This document shows, piece by piece, positions 32,757 through 46,014 of a stretch of 64,000 nt of DNA; within the stretch, counting starts at the first letter, position 1; every line of letters starts with the position of its first letter. The notes under the pieces are model-generated. The model ran no database searches. It was not told the DNA's origin and worked only from the letters and a program-made list of their open reading frames with translations. The stretch covers positions 1 to 64,000 of the forward strand of contig OZ025723.1 of NCBI GenBank assembly GCA_964019335.1, in the 5' to 3' direction. Source of the stretch: Diplonema japonicum (Eukaryota; Protista; Euglenozoa: Diplonemea). The translations under genes were made by a program, and so were the position numbers.

Positions 32757-34437
32757 ATGAACCCTGTCCAGGGATACAGGTACCCCCCATGCCACTACTT
32801 ACGCCAAGAAGACCTGGACAACCTGGGGAAGGACGACGAAGACGCGATGGTTGCTGTCGGGTTGGACGAGAGCATGCTGAGGACACCGTCAACAAGCGAA
32901 GAGGGAGACGGTGGGAACGAGATGGTGGGATATGAGAGTGAGGACGCAAGGATATCATGCGAAAAACCGAGAGTGGAAAAAGTGAAGGGTGGCAAGGTAG
33001 CGAGGGTAAAGGGGCTTGGGCACGAGAAGTTCGGGTTCGTGAAGGCCAACAAGTCCCAGTTGATCGCTCACTTGCTGCAGGCCGCCCTCATTGGGGCCAC
33101 GTTGCGGTTGCTAGTCTTTCCTCAGGCCTCGCTTGCGGTCGACAGCATGCCCGAGCCCCCTATAGACGCCAACACAACATCCACTGACTACAGGGAATAC
33201 CACCGCACTCGTCAACTCGCCTTTCTCTTCGCCTTCGGCATCACGAAGGCCTTCTCAAACGTCTTCGTGGGCCGTGCATCTGACCTCTTCGGCCGCAAGT
33301 TCACACACATCGTTGGCTGGATCTTCGGCATGCTCATGGCCACCGTGCTCATCAGCTCAAAGACATGGAGTGCCATCATCATAGCCAACATCCTACTTGG
33401 GGCCCAGCAAGCAGCAGCTTGGAGCAGCAACATCTTCATGATAACCGACATCCTGGGGCCGCGGAAGAGGGCCGTGTCGAGTGCTATGTCCAACTGCACC
33501 TCTGATTTCTCGTCTGTGGCCGCAGCATTCCTCGCCGCAGGGCTGCTGGACATTGCTGGGTACAACGGAGCCTTTGTGGGCGCACTGGTGTTGTGCATGT
33601 TGGGGGCTGTTGTTGCCACGATGCTGTTGGAAGACACGTCCTCATTTGTGGCTGTCGAAGTGGCTGCTGAGGAGAAAGGGCTGGAAGCAAAACCCTTGAA
33701 CACAAAGCACATGACAGCACTGCACTGGGGAACACTCGCAAAGCGTACCATGTGCACAAACCCCTCAACAGCAGTGATCTGCCTGACAGGAGTGACGTCG
33801 TCTATGGTGACAGGGCTGGTGTGGGGGCTCGCGCTCATCTGGGGGACGGAGCAGGGCATGGCTAACATATCCCACGCCGCGCTCAGCGCGTGCTACATAT
33901 TCCCCAAAGGCGTGGCACTCATCGTGTCGGGATACTTCTCAGACAGGTGGATGATGCGGAAGCCCTTGCTCATGGGCGGCTTGCTAGTCATAATTATAGG
34001 GCTCCTCACCTCGTCAAGCTCCGGGGAAGGCGATCTCACGACGAAGGAAATGTGGGCACGATTGCTGCTGGGGATGACCTTCATTGGGGTGGGGACAGGG
34101 CTCATATACCCTGTCATGTCCGCGGCTGTGGGCGACCACACGCCCGCAATGGTATGTGTTGACAGTCTAAAACGGAAAAAAAATATATGAAAAACAACAG
34201 GAACGTGCGTCGGCTCTTGGCGTGTTTAGATTCTGGAAGGACATAGGCTACGCCTTTGGTGGGCTTATCCCAGGTGCAGTGTTCTCACCTACTGAAGTAG
34301 ACTCGACCTTTGTGGCGTCCACACTGATCTTCTCTCTTGCCTGCATCGGCCTTGAACTGCTGCTCTTCATGCTGTACACTGAGCGATACCCTGCTACACG
34401 CAAGAAGGGTGGTGACGTGGTGGATAGTGCTCTGTAA
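32757..34437 (+). CDS. MFS transporter, bacterial-type (intron 34152-34200)
   Basis: FGITKAFSNVFVGRASDLFGRK, DILGPRKRA and GYFSDRW. The spliced exon 2 reads ERASALGVFRFWKDIGYAFG. Confidence 0.88.
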
Positions 34438-35160
34438 TACCCCTTTCCCCCCCGTGCACATTGATCGCTATCTTGAGCACTCTGAAGGGAGGAATGTATA
34501 GAAGAAAAGAGAAAATGAGAGCAAGATACAAAAGGGAGGGTGGCGGGACATGGCCCTGATACCATTTGTTTAGCTCTTTTATGGTATAAAACGATTTACC
34601 CTAATACACAAACACACACACCCACCTCTACCATATGATTTACTTTTCTGTTGTTCCCCCGTCTCTCTTTGTGAGTATTCAAAAAAAATAGTTGTCCCGC
34701 CCACCCGACTTCTCAAAAAAAGTCCAAATCCACGTGTATAAAGAAAATAGGGCATAGAAGTGTGCCGGAGGGGTAACCCGGGTGCACGATGAATAAAAAG
34801 GGGGGGGGGGGGAGCGCAAGTCAGAGACTCGCTTGGTTACCCAAAAAAGCATTACGATTTGAGTTTAAATCTGCACTATCCTGCTCGTACATTTATCTTT
34901 TACATACATATGTCCGGGTCCCCTTCCACAGAAAGGAAAGGGAGCTGGGAGGGGAACTATGGGATGTTTTGCGGTGTTGTCCATTATCTCCCCCCCCCCC
35001 CCCCCCCCCTCCCCAGAATAGTACCCCCTTCCCTTTACCAAAGTGCGAAGATGTATCTGTCAAAAAAACCTCTTTTATGTTTATTTTTTCCCCCCTTACG
35101 TTTAGTTTCTTTTTTTCTCTCTAATTCTTTCCCCTCTCTTCAACCCCACCACACGTTAAG

Positions 35161-36455
35161 ATGTCTTACGAGGATTACGACAGTGAAGTGAGCAGCTGTA
35201 GTGACACTAGATTATTCGCAGGCGGCCTATGTGGAGCAGATGACGAGGCGATCGAGAAAGACCTTGACAACGTAGACGAGGAAGGCACACAGTCGGCAAA
35301 CGTAAGGAAGACCTACGAATTAGCTAATTTCTTCGGGACCTTGAGCAGCCTCGGGCTTTGCGATCGAGTCGAGTATGCCCGTTAACCAAACACCACCACC
35401 ACGTGCACAGGATAAATGGTGACGACGATCGATTCATGTTTGTGAACAATCCTACGTCACCTGACAGTCTGCACCATTACCTGGTTCAGGACGTTCCTTC
35501 CACGCTGCTCGGGAACAAGTCCTTCTTGGTTATGGACACGGAGGTGCTCAGCGTAGGCAGCAAGAAGGCAAAGAACCAAATTTTCGTCCCGCTCGAGATC
35601 GCCTTCAGCGCCATCACCCAAACCAGCACGACGTACGCTGTACGCCCCGTGTACCACACCCCTATCAACCCTGGTACCGTCTCGGGACGTGTTCTGTCTC
35701 AAAAGGACGATGAAGGATGGTTGCTGACCTACCATTACGGTGTGAAACACCTGCACGCAATGGGTGCGAGCAGCCACTTTGAATCTGGTTACAACGTGCC
35801 CCGCGGTGCGAGGTCGGACTTCCTGACAATATGGAAAGAGCTGGAAGACCTCGTGGCGAAGCACAGCAACGTGATCGTCGTGAAGGGCGGGCAGGCAGAG
35901 AGACAATCCCTCGCATGGCTGCTCCACATGGCGAAGAAGCAGGCACCTGACCCTTCCCATCTCCCGGACAACGTGCCCTTCATGTTGGTCGATGCGAATA
36001 ATTGCGCGGAACTCCGCCAGCACGTCGTGGACCCACTGTGGTACCCCACAGGCTCCCCTACGACGTACGATGACCCTGCCTTGCTCCCGTTCTCTGATTA
36101 TTTCATGAGCTACAGCGCGTGGGATCAAAAGCCCACCTTCGGCGAATGGTCTTTTAGTGCAAGGTGCTACAGCGATATGAACAGCGAACTCAACTTCTCT
36201 GGTGGAGTCGAGAGGTATCTCAATGAATACACGCTGCGACACGTCCTTGCCCTGCACGAAGCGCGCATCTGGACAAGCGACAGTGAGGCGTGTGACTTCC
36301 ACAGCGAAGTGCAACCCATCCACGAAGAGTTCTGGTACACAGCGAACAACGAAGACATACCTGAGGACAAGGGGAGGCCCTTCCACCTTCACTGTTGCAA
36401 GAAGGACACCACTGCGTTGGCCAACGGGCTGGTGGCGGTGCTCTCCATGAAGTAG
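35161..36455 (+). CDS. Maelstrom-domain (DEDDh-fold) nuclease-like protein (intron 35373-35410)
   Basis: FLVMDTE...VPLEIAF...YHTPINPG...KHLH...RSDFLTIW...CDFH...HCCKKD. A 38-nt intron joins ORFs 35161 and 35358 in frame. Confidence 0.7.
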
Positions 36456-37000
36456 TCGGGCCCCGACTGCTCAATTTCAGTCTTGAGCTTGAGAGACAAG
36501 AAGCCTTAAGATACTACGATTTCTTTTAATATTCGTTCCTTTTTAAATTCCAAGTGTTCATAGCTCCCGCGGCATGTTTTGAAAGAAAAAGAAAAAAACG
36601 TCCCCCCGTTATGTACTTCGATCACCTACTTGCGCAAAAGGGTTGTATCGTGTTCTTCCCAAGCAGTGGCGGGGTGGGGTACAAACAGCATCAAAAAGGT
36701 GTAATTTAGGGGGGGGTTCCCCCGATGTTTTTCAAATCAATAAGTTATGCCCGTTGCATAAACTTCTCAAAGAGTGTAAAATAGGTCCTCTGGTGTCGTA
36801 AGACTTGGGGACAGCAATCGTGTGTTCCGCTCTTTGAGAATATCTAAGCCACCTCGGTAACTCCGCTTCGATTCCTACAGCGCAATCTAGATATCCCCCG
36901 GAATAAATAGTGAAAAATATATTGTAGCAGAGCAAAGGGTGCATTCATTGTCACACAGGTGCCCTATGATCTACCAAGATAGTGTGACCTGCTCACACCC

Positions 37001-40000
37001 ATGAAGCTTCAGGCGCTGTTTGCGCCAATAGACGTCTGCAATGCCACGGACTGCGTCATAGACACGCACAGGGGGAATGTGTTGAACAACAGAAGCGTCT
37101 TCACCGACGAGCACCACCCTGTGGAGGTTGTGAGGCGACGCAGGCGTTTGAAGGACATCCAGAATGAAGCGGCGCAGGAGGCGCTGAACAAAATCCTCGA
37201 CAGGGAGAAGAACTACAGCACCGCATGCAAGTCGGACGTGCTGCGCGTGGTGCGCAAAGCGACGAGGAACAACTGCAACCCTTACCTAAACCTGTCCAAC
37301 TCCAATATGAATGACACGTCTGTGTTGGTTCTCTCGTCAGTCCTCTCGCACCACCCTTCGATCACAGCGGTCGATCTCTCTTTGAACCCTATCACAGAAG
37401 TTGCGGGAACCCTGCTGCTAAAGGTGGTCGAGACCTCCCCCAACATCACCTCCGTTTCTATCACCGACACTCACATCCCGAAGAACGTCAAAACAGCAAT
37501 TCAAGCCGCAACACAGTTCAACCTCCATCGGCGCAGCCGGCACCTTGAGATAACCGCGACAAGACACACTGCACACCAGCTGAGTGCAATCCAGCAACTG
37601 GTCGACAAGAAGATCGATGCCCTGACCACCTTGCACAAGCTGCATAAGGCAAATATCGAAGACGCGTGGCAGCAGTCCTTTACAGAACTCCAGAATTTGC
37701 ACAAAACGGAGAAGTCTCGGATACAGAGGCATCTTTACATCTTGCAGCTTCGCAAGGACAAGAAGCTGGCACGAGACAACTTTGCAGAAGAAGAGTCAGA
37801 AGAGCGGTGTCTCTGGTTCGCACAAGAGTCCCTTGCCACTATCCGCACGTATTCCGTGTACGCAATCGACAACAGAGTTGCCATCACCTCCGAAGAAGGC
37901 CACACAAGAAGGGAGCTCAAAACAGAAGCCAAGCACGGGTGGGCTACGTCAAAGCACAAGGAGAAGACACGACTGCTGGCGGAGTATAACGTACGACTCG
38001 TACTAGAGGATGACGAGAACGCAGCAAGGAAGGTAGTGACGCACGCCTTGCTGGGGGAGAGGGGAAACTTGAAGCAGCACGAGCAGGCGTGTCACGCTAC
38101 AGCGATGGAACTCTTGAACCAGAGACTCGAACGAGAGGCGGCAGAAGTGCGGTGGAGGCGGCAGGAAGAACTCAGGCTTGAGAAAGAAAAACAGCACAAG
38201 AAAGAGCGCGAGGCACGAATACTGATGGAACATCAAGTAGGACGTGATAAGGAAGCGCGTGCGGAGATGGGGCGGCGCTCAACCGTGGAACGCGAAGAAA
38301 CTGCACTAAGAATTGCAATACTCGAGATATGCAAGATCAATCATAGTGTGGTGCAAGCGTACTCATCTCTCATCAAGGCTGAGCAGGGGAGGACAAAAAC
38401 TTACGCGGCCCAGCCAACGCTTGTAGTAACATCGAAGAAGGACCAGTCGGCGATTATCAAGCATTTCACAGGCACCACTAACGCCACGTCGCAGGTCACG
38501 AGAATCTGCCTTTCGCACGACATCGGCTTCCCTGATGAGGCCTCTTCACAGAAGAAGCGCCCAACAGATGTGAAGCTGGCACACAAAACAGACGTGTGGC
38601 AGGACATCTCCAAAGTAGTGCGGGAGCACCGCAAAGCCTACAAAGCGAAAATGACCGAAGCACGCGACACCATCAAGGAAAACTACAACGAGTGGCTCCC
38701 AGTACTGTACCCTGCCCTGTGCCTGAAGAAAGACGCACCCATCCCTGAGGACGCAGTCCCTTTGGTTAAGTACAGTCCAAACGAACTGGCTTTTATCCCA
38801 CTGCCACCTGCTGACCAGCCAAAAACACAGAAGTTAGAGATCTTAGGAGGCACCATCACAGTGTCATGCGTGGTGCAGAACAGTGACGTGGAAGGTGTCA
38901 AAATCACGGGACCTGCTTCGGAGGTTGAGAACGATACACTGCTGGTCGAAAACGAAGCGATACGAAAAGCGTTTAATGTCACCAACAAGGCGAAGCACAC
39001 GCTTACGTTTGAGGTACCGCACAACGCTAGCCTGCAGACTGTGGTGGAGGCCATTAACTCCGTGTCGTTTCTCAGCGGTGCCGCTGCTGACGTGGTGCCC
39101 TTTGAGAGGGTGGTGAGGTACAATGTGACGCTTCGGTACCCGAGCTTGGGGAAAACTGCCTGTGACGGAAGGGGTGTGATAGCCACTGCCACGCCGTTCA
39201 CCGGGTGTGCAGAAGCGGAGGCGACGTGCGAGGTGTCTGTTGCAGTGCTGCCCTCGCTGCTGCACATGCCCACGGGGAATGCTGCTGCTGTCGAGTACAT
39301 CGAGGATACGCCTCCCGACAAATGTGCATTGCTTGAAGACATCTCCTTGCGGCACCTATCCAAGGTGGTCATATCACCCACTGGGAGGTTCGTCTTCAGC
39401 CCTGCCATAGGCATGTCCTATGATGGGTGGGAATTGAAAGTGGCCATAGTTAGCGGGTGGACGGACGACGACGTGATCCCCATCAAGACTGTCTTCGAAG
39501 ATGACATTGCGTTTGAGCAGAACGAGGGCCCTATGCGACTCTCGCACGATGGGCTGTCCTTTGGTGAGATTACAGAGGGACGCCTCTACAGGTGCAAAGA
39601 TGTAGAAGAGAAGTACCAACCAGCGAAAGGTTTCAAGATCAAACTCTCTGGACCAGAGGCAAAGGCAGCAGTCCTCGTGAAGTTTTTGAAGAAGTTGCGC
39701 TACTACAACAGCTCGCAGAACCCCACAGAGGAACCGCGTGAAGTTGAGATTTCACTCCTTCACAGCGGATTCAAGTCTTCTGTAACGCTGGCCGTGAACG
39801 TCATTGGGACTGACGACCCTGCTAGCATGACCCTTCAGACGCACAGGCTGTTCTACAGGCAGAACTCCCCCACTATACCCGAGCACCTCAGGAGCTACGT
39901 GCGGCAGATCTATCTACCTGTGTGCGAAGGTATTGTGGTAGAAGACATCGACACTGACTTCTTCTGCGGCGGGTATGTGGTGCTGGCGATGTCGCAGCAG

Positions 40001-42418
40001 CAGAAAGGCGACGAGCTAGGGGTGCGCCCCTCCATGCTTCCCGGGTTGGAGGTGGTGAATGGTGACGATGGAACATGCAGACTGCTGCACAACGAAGAGG
40101 ATATCGGTGAGTTAATATCGGGCGCAGTGGTCACGGAAAACAACGCACCCACTTCACCTCTAGGGAAAGAGCAGTGTTCTGAAGTGAGGATACAGTTCGG
40201 TCTGTGCGTGCCTTTAACAAGTGTCCAGCAAGTCTTGCGTTGCGTGACATTCACGAATCTCGGCTTCATGCCACCCGAGGGCTGGCGGAAGATATCACTG
40301 TCCCTAATGTTGGGTCCCAGTGTGGGGCCTGGGAACGAAGTCGTCTCCGAAGAAGAAGGCACTTTGCTGGAAGACTCAATCGAGCTACGGGTGGTTCCAT
40401 CTCTGTTCAACATCCCTGGTGTGCACTCGAAGGCAGAATACAGGGAGGGATCGGGGTCCGTTAGGATCGCACCATTCGAAGTACTTTCTGACAAAGAGGG
40501 TTGGGTGGAGTCGGGATACAACGGCGGCTGTGTGTGGGTAGAGTTCGTTGAGGGTGGCAATGAGGACGATGTCGTCAATCTTAGGACAGGGACGGGCAAC
40601 GACGAACTGCGGATTGAGGTTCGCAAGGGGCAGAAGGCGGTGATGCCCACCTGCATCGCAGACACCATCTCGCAAGGGAGGAAGAAACTGGAGGCATTCG
40701 ATGACTCGCAGGAGGTGACCACAGCCACGTTGTCTCTCAAAGCTGCGACGAAATTCAAAGGAAAGCTTGGGAAAGGCAAATCTGAACCAGTTTGTGTGCC
40801 GCAACAAAAAAAACTGGAAGCGACGGGAAGCAACGAGGCACCCGAACAAGAGAGTTCTGAGAAGGGGTCGCTGAACTCTTCGGATATGGAAAGCCCAAGG
40901 TCTGAGGCGTCGCAGTCACCTCGTGCGGGGGCGCTCCTCAGAGACCGTATGAGGATAAAGGCGCAGGAGGCTGTGAAGGAACGCAAAGACAGGCGTAACA
41001 GTCTGGTGCTGGGCGCAAAGGACGGGATGCAGCAGCTTATTAAACGGGGGCTGGATGAGCGATCTGGGTTGACGTCATCGGTGAGCGATATATACATAGG
41101 GAAGAAGCACAAGATTGCGACACTGTCGATGGCTCGTGGACAATTGTTCGTGCAGTTCGCAAAGAGCGTTGCTAGGAAGGAGGTTGTAACAGTACTGAAG
41201 AGCATCACATACTCCAACGTAAACAGCGACCCGACAGAACTGCTGAAGATCTTACGGGTGTCTGTGCGCTGCAGCGGGTATGCACCTAGCCAGGCATTGA
41301 TGCAGATCGAGATCCAGAGCGTGGACGATGTCACAGAGATCGTCCTCACCAACGCAAGGCCGCGGTACCGACCGGGCAACATCTCTCAATACAAGTGCGG
41401 CGCTTGGCAGATGGCAGGCTTTGGGAAGCTCCATCTAGAAGACCCCGATACAACACACTTGGACGGCGGGGGTTTCGCTGTAGAGCTGCAAGGTGGCGGT
41501 GTCAAGGGCGATGTTCTTACCTTCATGACACCAGAGCAGCAGCAGCTAGCAGCACTGCAGCAGCAGTTCACAGCGTGTTACAACATAGCTGCCAGCGACG
41601 GGAAGCTTTTGCTCGACAACGAGGTGGTGGGGTGCATTGAGTTCCCGAAGAGCAGCGTGGCAGGGACGAACAACTTGAAGGCCACATTCCTGAAGCATGA
41701 CCCGCCGAAGCTCACACTTGCCATCGCCTCGTACATGATGAGCTGCGTGTGTTTCGGCACAAGCAGCAAAGTGACAACAGGGCAGCGCACTTACGTCTTC
41801 AAGGTGTCCGACGCAGACAACCCACAAGAAGGGAAGCAGCGTGTTGTCATTGACGTCTGCAAGCCGCTGATCGCCCCTCCAAGCGACAAGCCCGTAAACA
41901 AGACAATAAAAGCAGGCCAAACGGTTCAGATATTAGACAAAATGAACTGCTCAGTTGTGGAAGGGAAGAAAGACGCTTTCCTCACAAACGGCTTCGTGGA
42001 AGTGCTTCTTGTGGCCGACGCGGAATCCCCTGAGGAGCAGGACTCGCTGGTACTGACTGGTACCACCGCCGTTAAAGATGGCGGGCTTCATGTAGGCACT
42101 GAGTTCATAGGTAGGGTTGTTGTGCGGCAAGACACAATACGTGTGGACTTCGGGTGGGCTTCAAAAGCGAACTCGAAGAATCTGCAAACACTATTAACGA
42201 CAGCCATCCACTTCAAGTCTAGCGAAGATAGCACACCGCGCACGAGGACAGTCAACTACACAGTATGCCGTACTTTGGGGGGGAAATAAAATAGTTCAAA
42301 AAAAAAGAAAAAAAAAAAAAAAGAAAAAAAAAAAAAAAAAAAAAAAAAAAAACACCAAACACAGTGTTCCGATGCGAGTTCTGAGTGCTGCTTCAGGTGC
42401 ACTATTTCAGTGAAGTGA
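37001..42418 (+). CDS. Giant protein: RNI-like LRRs, coiled coil and several cadherin/Ig-like beta repeats (intron 42263-42364)
   Basis: LNLSNSNMND / VDLSLNPITE (LRR). Repeats D-x-D-T-x-x-x-x-GG...L-x-x-I-T-Y-S-N-x-x-x-D-P. The last exon reads CSDASSECCFRCTISVK*. Confidence 0.8.
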
Positions 42419-42531
42419 TGAGACAAGGAGGGGAAAAAGAAGACGAGAAAATACCCTTTCTAGGGATGTTTTGCATTTTTTTGCGGAATCTTATGGTGAG
42501 AAGTAACACGCTCTAAAACCGCACAGATGAG

Positions 42532-45500
42532 ATGAAAGAGAAGGAGCTGATCTCACATATCGAAGCCCAACTGAAGACGCTTGAACTTCTGCGAGATACA
42601 TTACGGAGCAATGCTCAGCACGAGAGGGTTGGGGGTGAGGTGGGACACAAGATACAAGAAGACAAGGAAGACGGCAGTGCGGGAGTAACACCCGAGTCGC
42701 CCACCAGGAGCTCGATTAGTGACGCTTGGAGTGATGAGGAGGCCCTCACGCCAAAGAGTTGTACTTCTCCCATTCTCGCAACTTTCGAGGCGCCCCCCGC
42801 GGCCTCTGGGGTAGATCCTTTACAGGCATCTGTCTCAAGACTGAAGAGAGCGGCCGATGCTGAACAGGTGTACCAAGCATCTCTCAAGGGTTCAGAGCGT
42901 GCCCAGGAAGAGCTCGACATCTTGAAGGCAAAGGAGTTCGAACGAAAAACACGTGTTGCAGAGAAACAGAAACAGCGCGATCGCGAGTTCACTCTGAAGA
43001 AAGACACGATCGAAAAGACCAACCTGAATAGATTGAGAGCCGAAGAGCAGCGCCGCCAAGAAGAGCTTCAAAAACGCAACAAGATGGCCGCACTGCTGCG
43101 CGAAGCGTCCCTTCAGGAAATGGAATCTCAAAAAAACGAGGAGCAGAAGTTGCGAACAGCACTGCGCAAGGCAGTGGACGAGAGAAAGGCGTCCTTCATG
43201 TCACACGAGCGGAAAAAGGAAAAAGAACGGGCCATGCTTAACCAGCTGGAATTCAACAGGAGGGCGGAGCAGCTTGAGGAGAAAAAAAAAGCCAAGTCTG
43301 TACAAGAGCAGCAAGAACGACGCCTCAAGGAAGCTGCGAGACAACAGGTGAAGGCAGCTGCTCAAGTACCACCGGCACCGCCTCCCCCCTCTCCGCCTCC
43401 TCCTCCGTCACCGCCACCGCAGCCAGCTTCCCGTAAGACGAAGAAGAAGCATAGCCAACAGGACGAAGCTGCCAATAAGTCGCAATCCCAGTTCGGGGCA
43501 CAACACCTGCGTACAAGGTTCAGGATGCTGTCCACCGACATGGAGCCTCCAGAAACTCCCGCTGCTTCTGCCACTACTTCAGCGATGCCAGCACCTGCTC
43601 CAGCTGCAGCTGCAGCGCCGTCCAATTTTTCTTCTTCAGCACCTCCTCCTCGTGCAGCTCCTGTCCCTGCCCCAGCTGCGAAGGTTTCAGTCAGCATCTC
43701 TGCTCCTGTTCCTGCCCCCACTCAAGCAACTACAACACCGCCTGCTGTCGCAGCGTGCACGGCTGTTTCGTTAATACTGCAATATAGTTATGTGTCTCTC
43801 CACTGTGCACCCGATCCCTCGGGGGCTGAAGGAGGAAGACCTAAACGTAAACCTAGTACTGTGACGGCACTGCGAGATGCGGTCAAGAATACAGCACCCA
43901 CCGCATCCGCCATGTCGAGGCATGACAGCCTTACACAGAAGCTTGCAGCGCAGCGAGAGCGCGAGGAAGAGGCTGCTCGTTTGACAAACGAACAAGTAAT
44001 ACAGCTGCGCGAGAGCGCAAACGTATCGTACAAGAGTGGGAGGTACAACGAGTCTGTTGGTCTGTACACGAAGGCCATGCAGGCGAACAACAAGTCGGCC
44101 ATACTGTACTTAAACAGGTCAGCTGCGTATCTGATGCTTGGGAAGTACAAGGAGGCTCTCAACGACGCGTCGCAGGCCAATGACTTAGAGGTATGCAGCA
44201 CAGCACGGATAACGGCGACACCCACACAGCCTGATAACGCAAAATCGACATTCAGAATGGCGAAACTGCACCTGATGCTTGGGAACCCACAAGCGGCACG
44301 GGCCCTTTACAACGCAGGGCAGCGAATACCGTCAGGGGTGGCTATGAAGGATAGCATCCAGCACGAGGTATGCTACAAGTAAGAAAAAGAAATAAACAAT
44401 CCACAGTTGCGGTGTTTGGAGACCGTGGAAGTGTGCCTGAAGCACCGCGACCAGCAGAACTGGAAGCAGGCATCCAGAGCGGCTGAGACGGCAAACGGGC
44501 TGATACCGTGCTTGTTTTTCCAGCAACTGCAAGGTGAGGCGCTGATCATGGTGGACCCGAAGGAAGCGCTGAAGCTGCTGAACGGGCTGGCAGCTGCCAA
44601 CCCAGCAGTGGCTGACATGCACCACCTGAGGGCGAAGGCCTTGTTCTACACGGCTCACGACAAGCTGTCAACAAACACAGCGTTGCAATACTTAACTAAG
44701 GCGTTGAGCTTGCTGCCTTCACACGCGAAGGCAAGATCGCTTCAGATGGTTATCAGCAGCTTTGAGAAGTTGCGTGATGAAGGCAACAAAGCATTCACTG
44801 AACACAGGTGGCAAGATGCACAGACAGCATACACCAAGGCACTAGCTCTCGACACGTTCAACCATAACTTGAAGTCGGTGATCCTCCTCAATCGTGCTGC
44901 GGTCCACTTGCAGCAAGGGCTCATCGAGCCTGCTCTTGAAGACTGCACTGCCTCCATTTTGTACGACGGCAACAACCACAAGGCGTACTTCCGCAGGTCG
45001 AAATGCCACAACCAGCAAGGCAACATTTTGTCAGAGATTAAGGACCTTAAATCTGCTTTGAAGCTCCAAAAGTGTGCTGAATACACAGACAGGCTGAAGC
45101 TGGCAGAAGCTACGTTCACTCAGAAGTACACAGCAGCCTCCGAAGAGGGAACGGCATCTGCAGAGAGCTTTTTTTGCAGGGGGAAGAATTCGTTTGGCGG
45201 GAGGTCACAGTTTGAGGCTGCTGACAATGTGGAGAAGGAACCAGTGAAGCAGCCACAAGCGAAAAAGCCGAAAAAAACGACCGCAAGAAGTGCGTCGCCA
45301 GGTGGCGCTCCGTCTCCGACCAGGGAGCGCTCCTCAAGCATGCCGAAGAGCAGCACATCGCATGGCTACAAGAAGCCGACGCACCCATTCTTCCAGAAGA
45401 AAGGCTTCGAGTTTAAAGGGTTCAAGGCATACGGGCAGGGCACGTTTAAAGGTGCTGCAGGGACACCTCCAAAGAGCCACAACTCACGACCAAAGTCAGC

Positions 45501-45759
45501 TCCGCAACGAAGGCAAAATCAAGCTGGAAGCGGCTCGTATTATGACGCGCTGAACGTGCCTTCTACCGTCAGCTCCAGTGCGCTGAAGGTTGCATACCAC
45601 AAGGCTGCGATGAAGTGGCATCCCGACAAATGGGTCTCCGCAACACCTGAAGAAATAAAGCATGCTGAACTCAAGTTCAAGGACCTCGGGCAGGCATACG
45701 CCACACTGCGTGACGACAGCAAACGGCGTGCCTACGACCTCGCTGTGCGCACCCACTAG
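42532..45759 (+). CDS. TPR plus J-domain co-chaperone (DNAJC7-like) with a long N-terminal coiled-coil/Pro-rich extension
   Basis: TPR motifs (LYLNRSAAYLMLGKY, GNKAF, LLNRAA) and a J-domain with KWHPDK. Introns at 44191-44229 and 44368-44406, possibly also 43755-43787. Confidence 0.88.
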
Positions 45760-46014
45760 AAAAAGAAAAAGTAAAGAGAGAATCCCTGAATTCGTTATGT
45801 TACCTCCCCCCAGCTCATGTTACCCATTGCATAAATGGTGAGTACGCCCCCTTTTTTCCCCTTTTTTTTCTTGTTCCGTTTCAATGTGTTTAAGTAAAGG
45901 CAACCAGTACATATCCCCCTCTCCTTGTTACAGTCGTTTTCCCCGTAGTTCCAGATTATTTGTTTTCATTTATTTTTTCGTTTCTGGTTGTGACGGCAAC
46001 ACCACTCCACAGGG

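Noticed and set aside
39910-41382. 490-aa minus-strand ORF and similar antisense ORFs over large genes
   Set aside because: Codon-bias shadows of plus-strand genes with no recognisable motifs.
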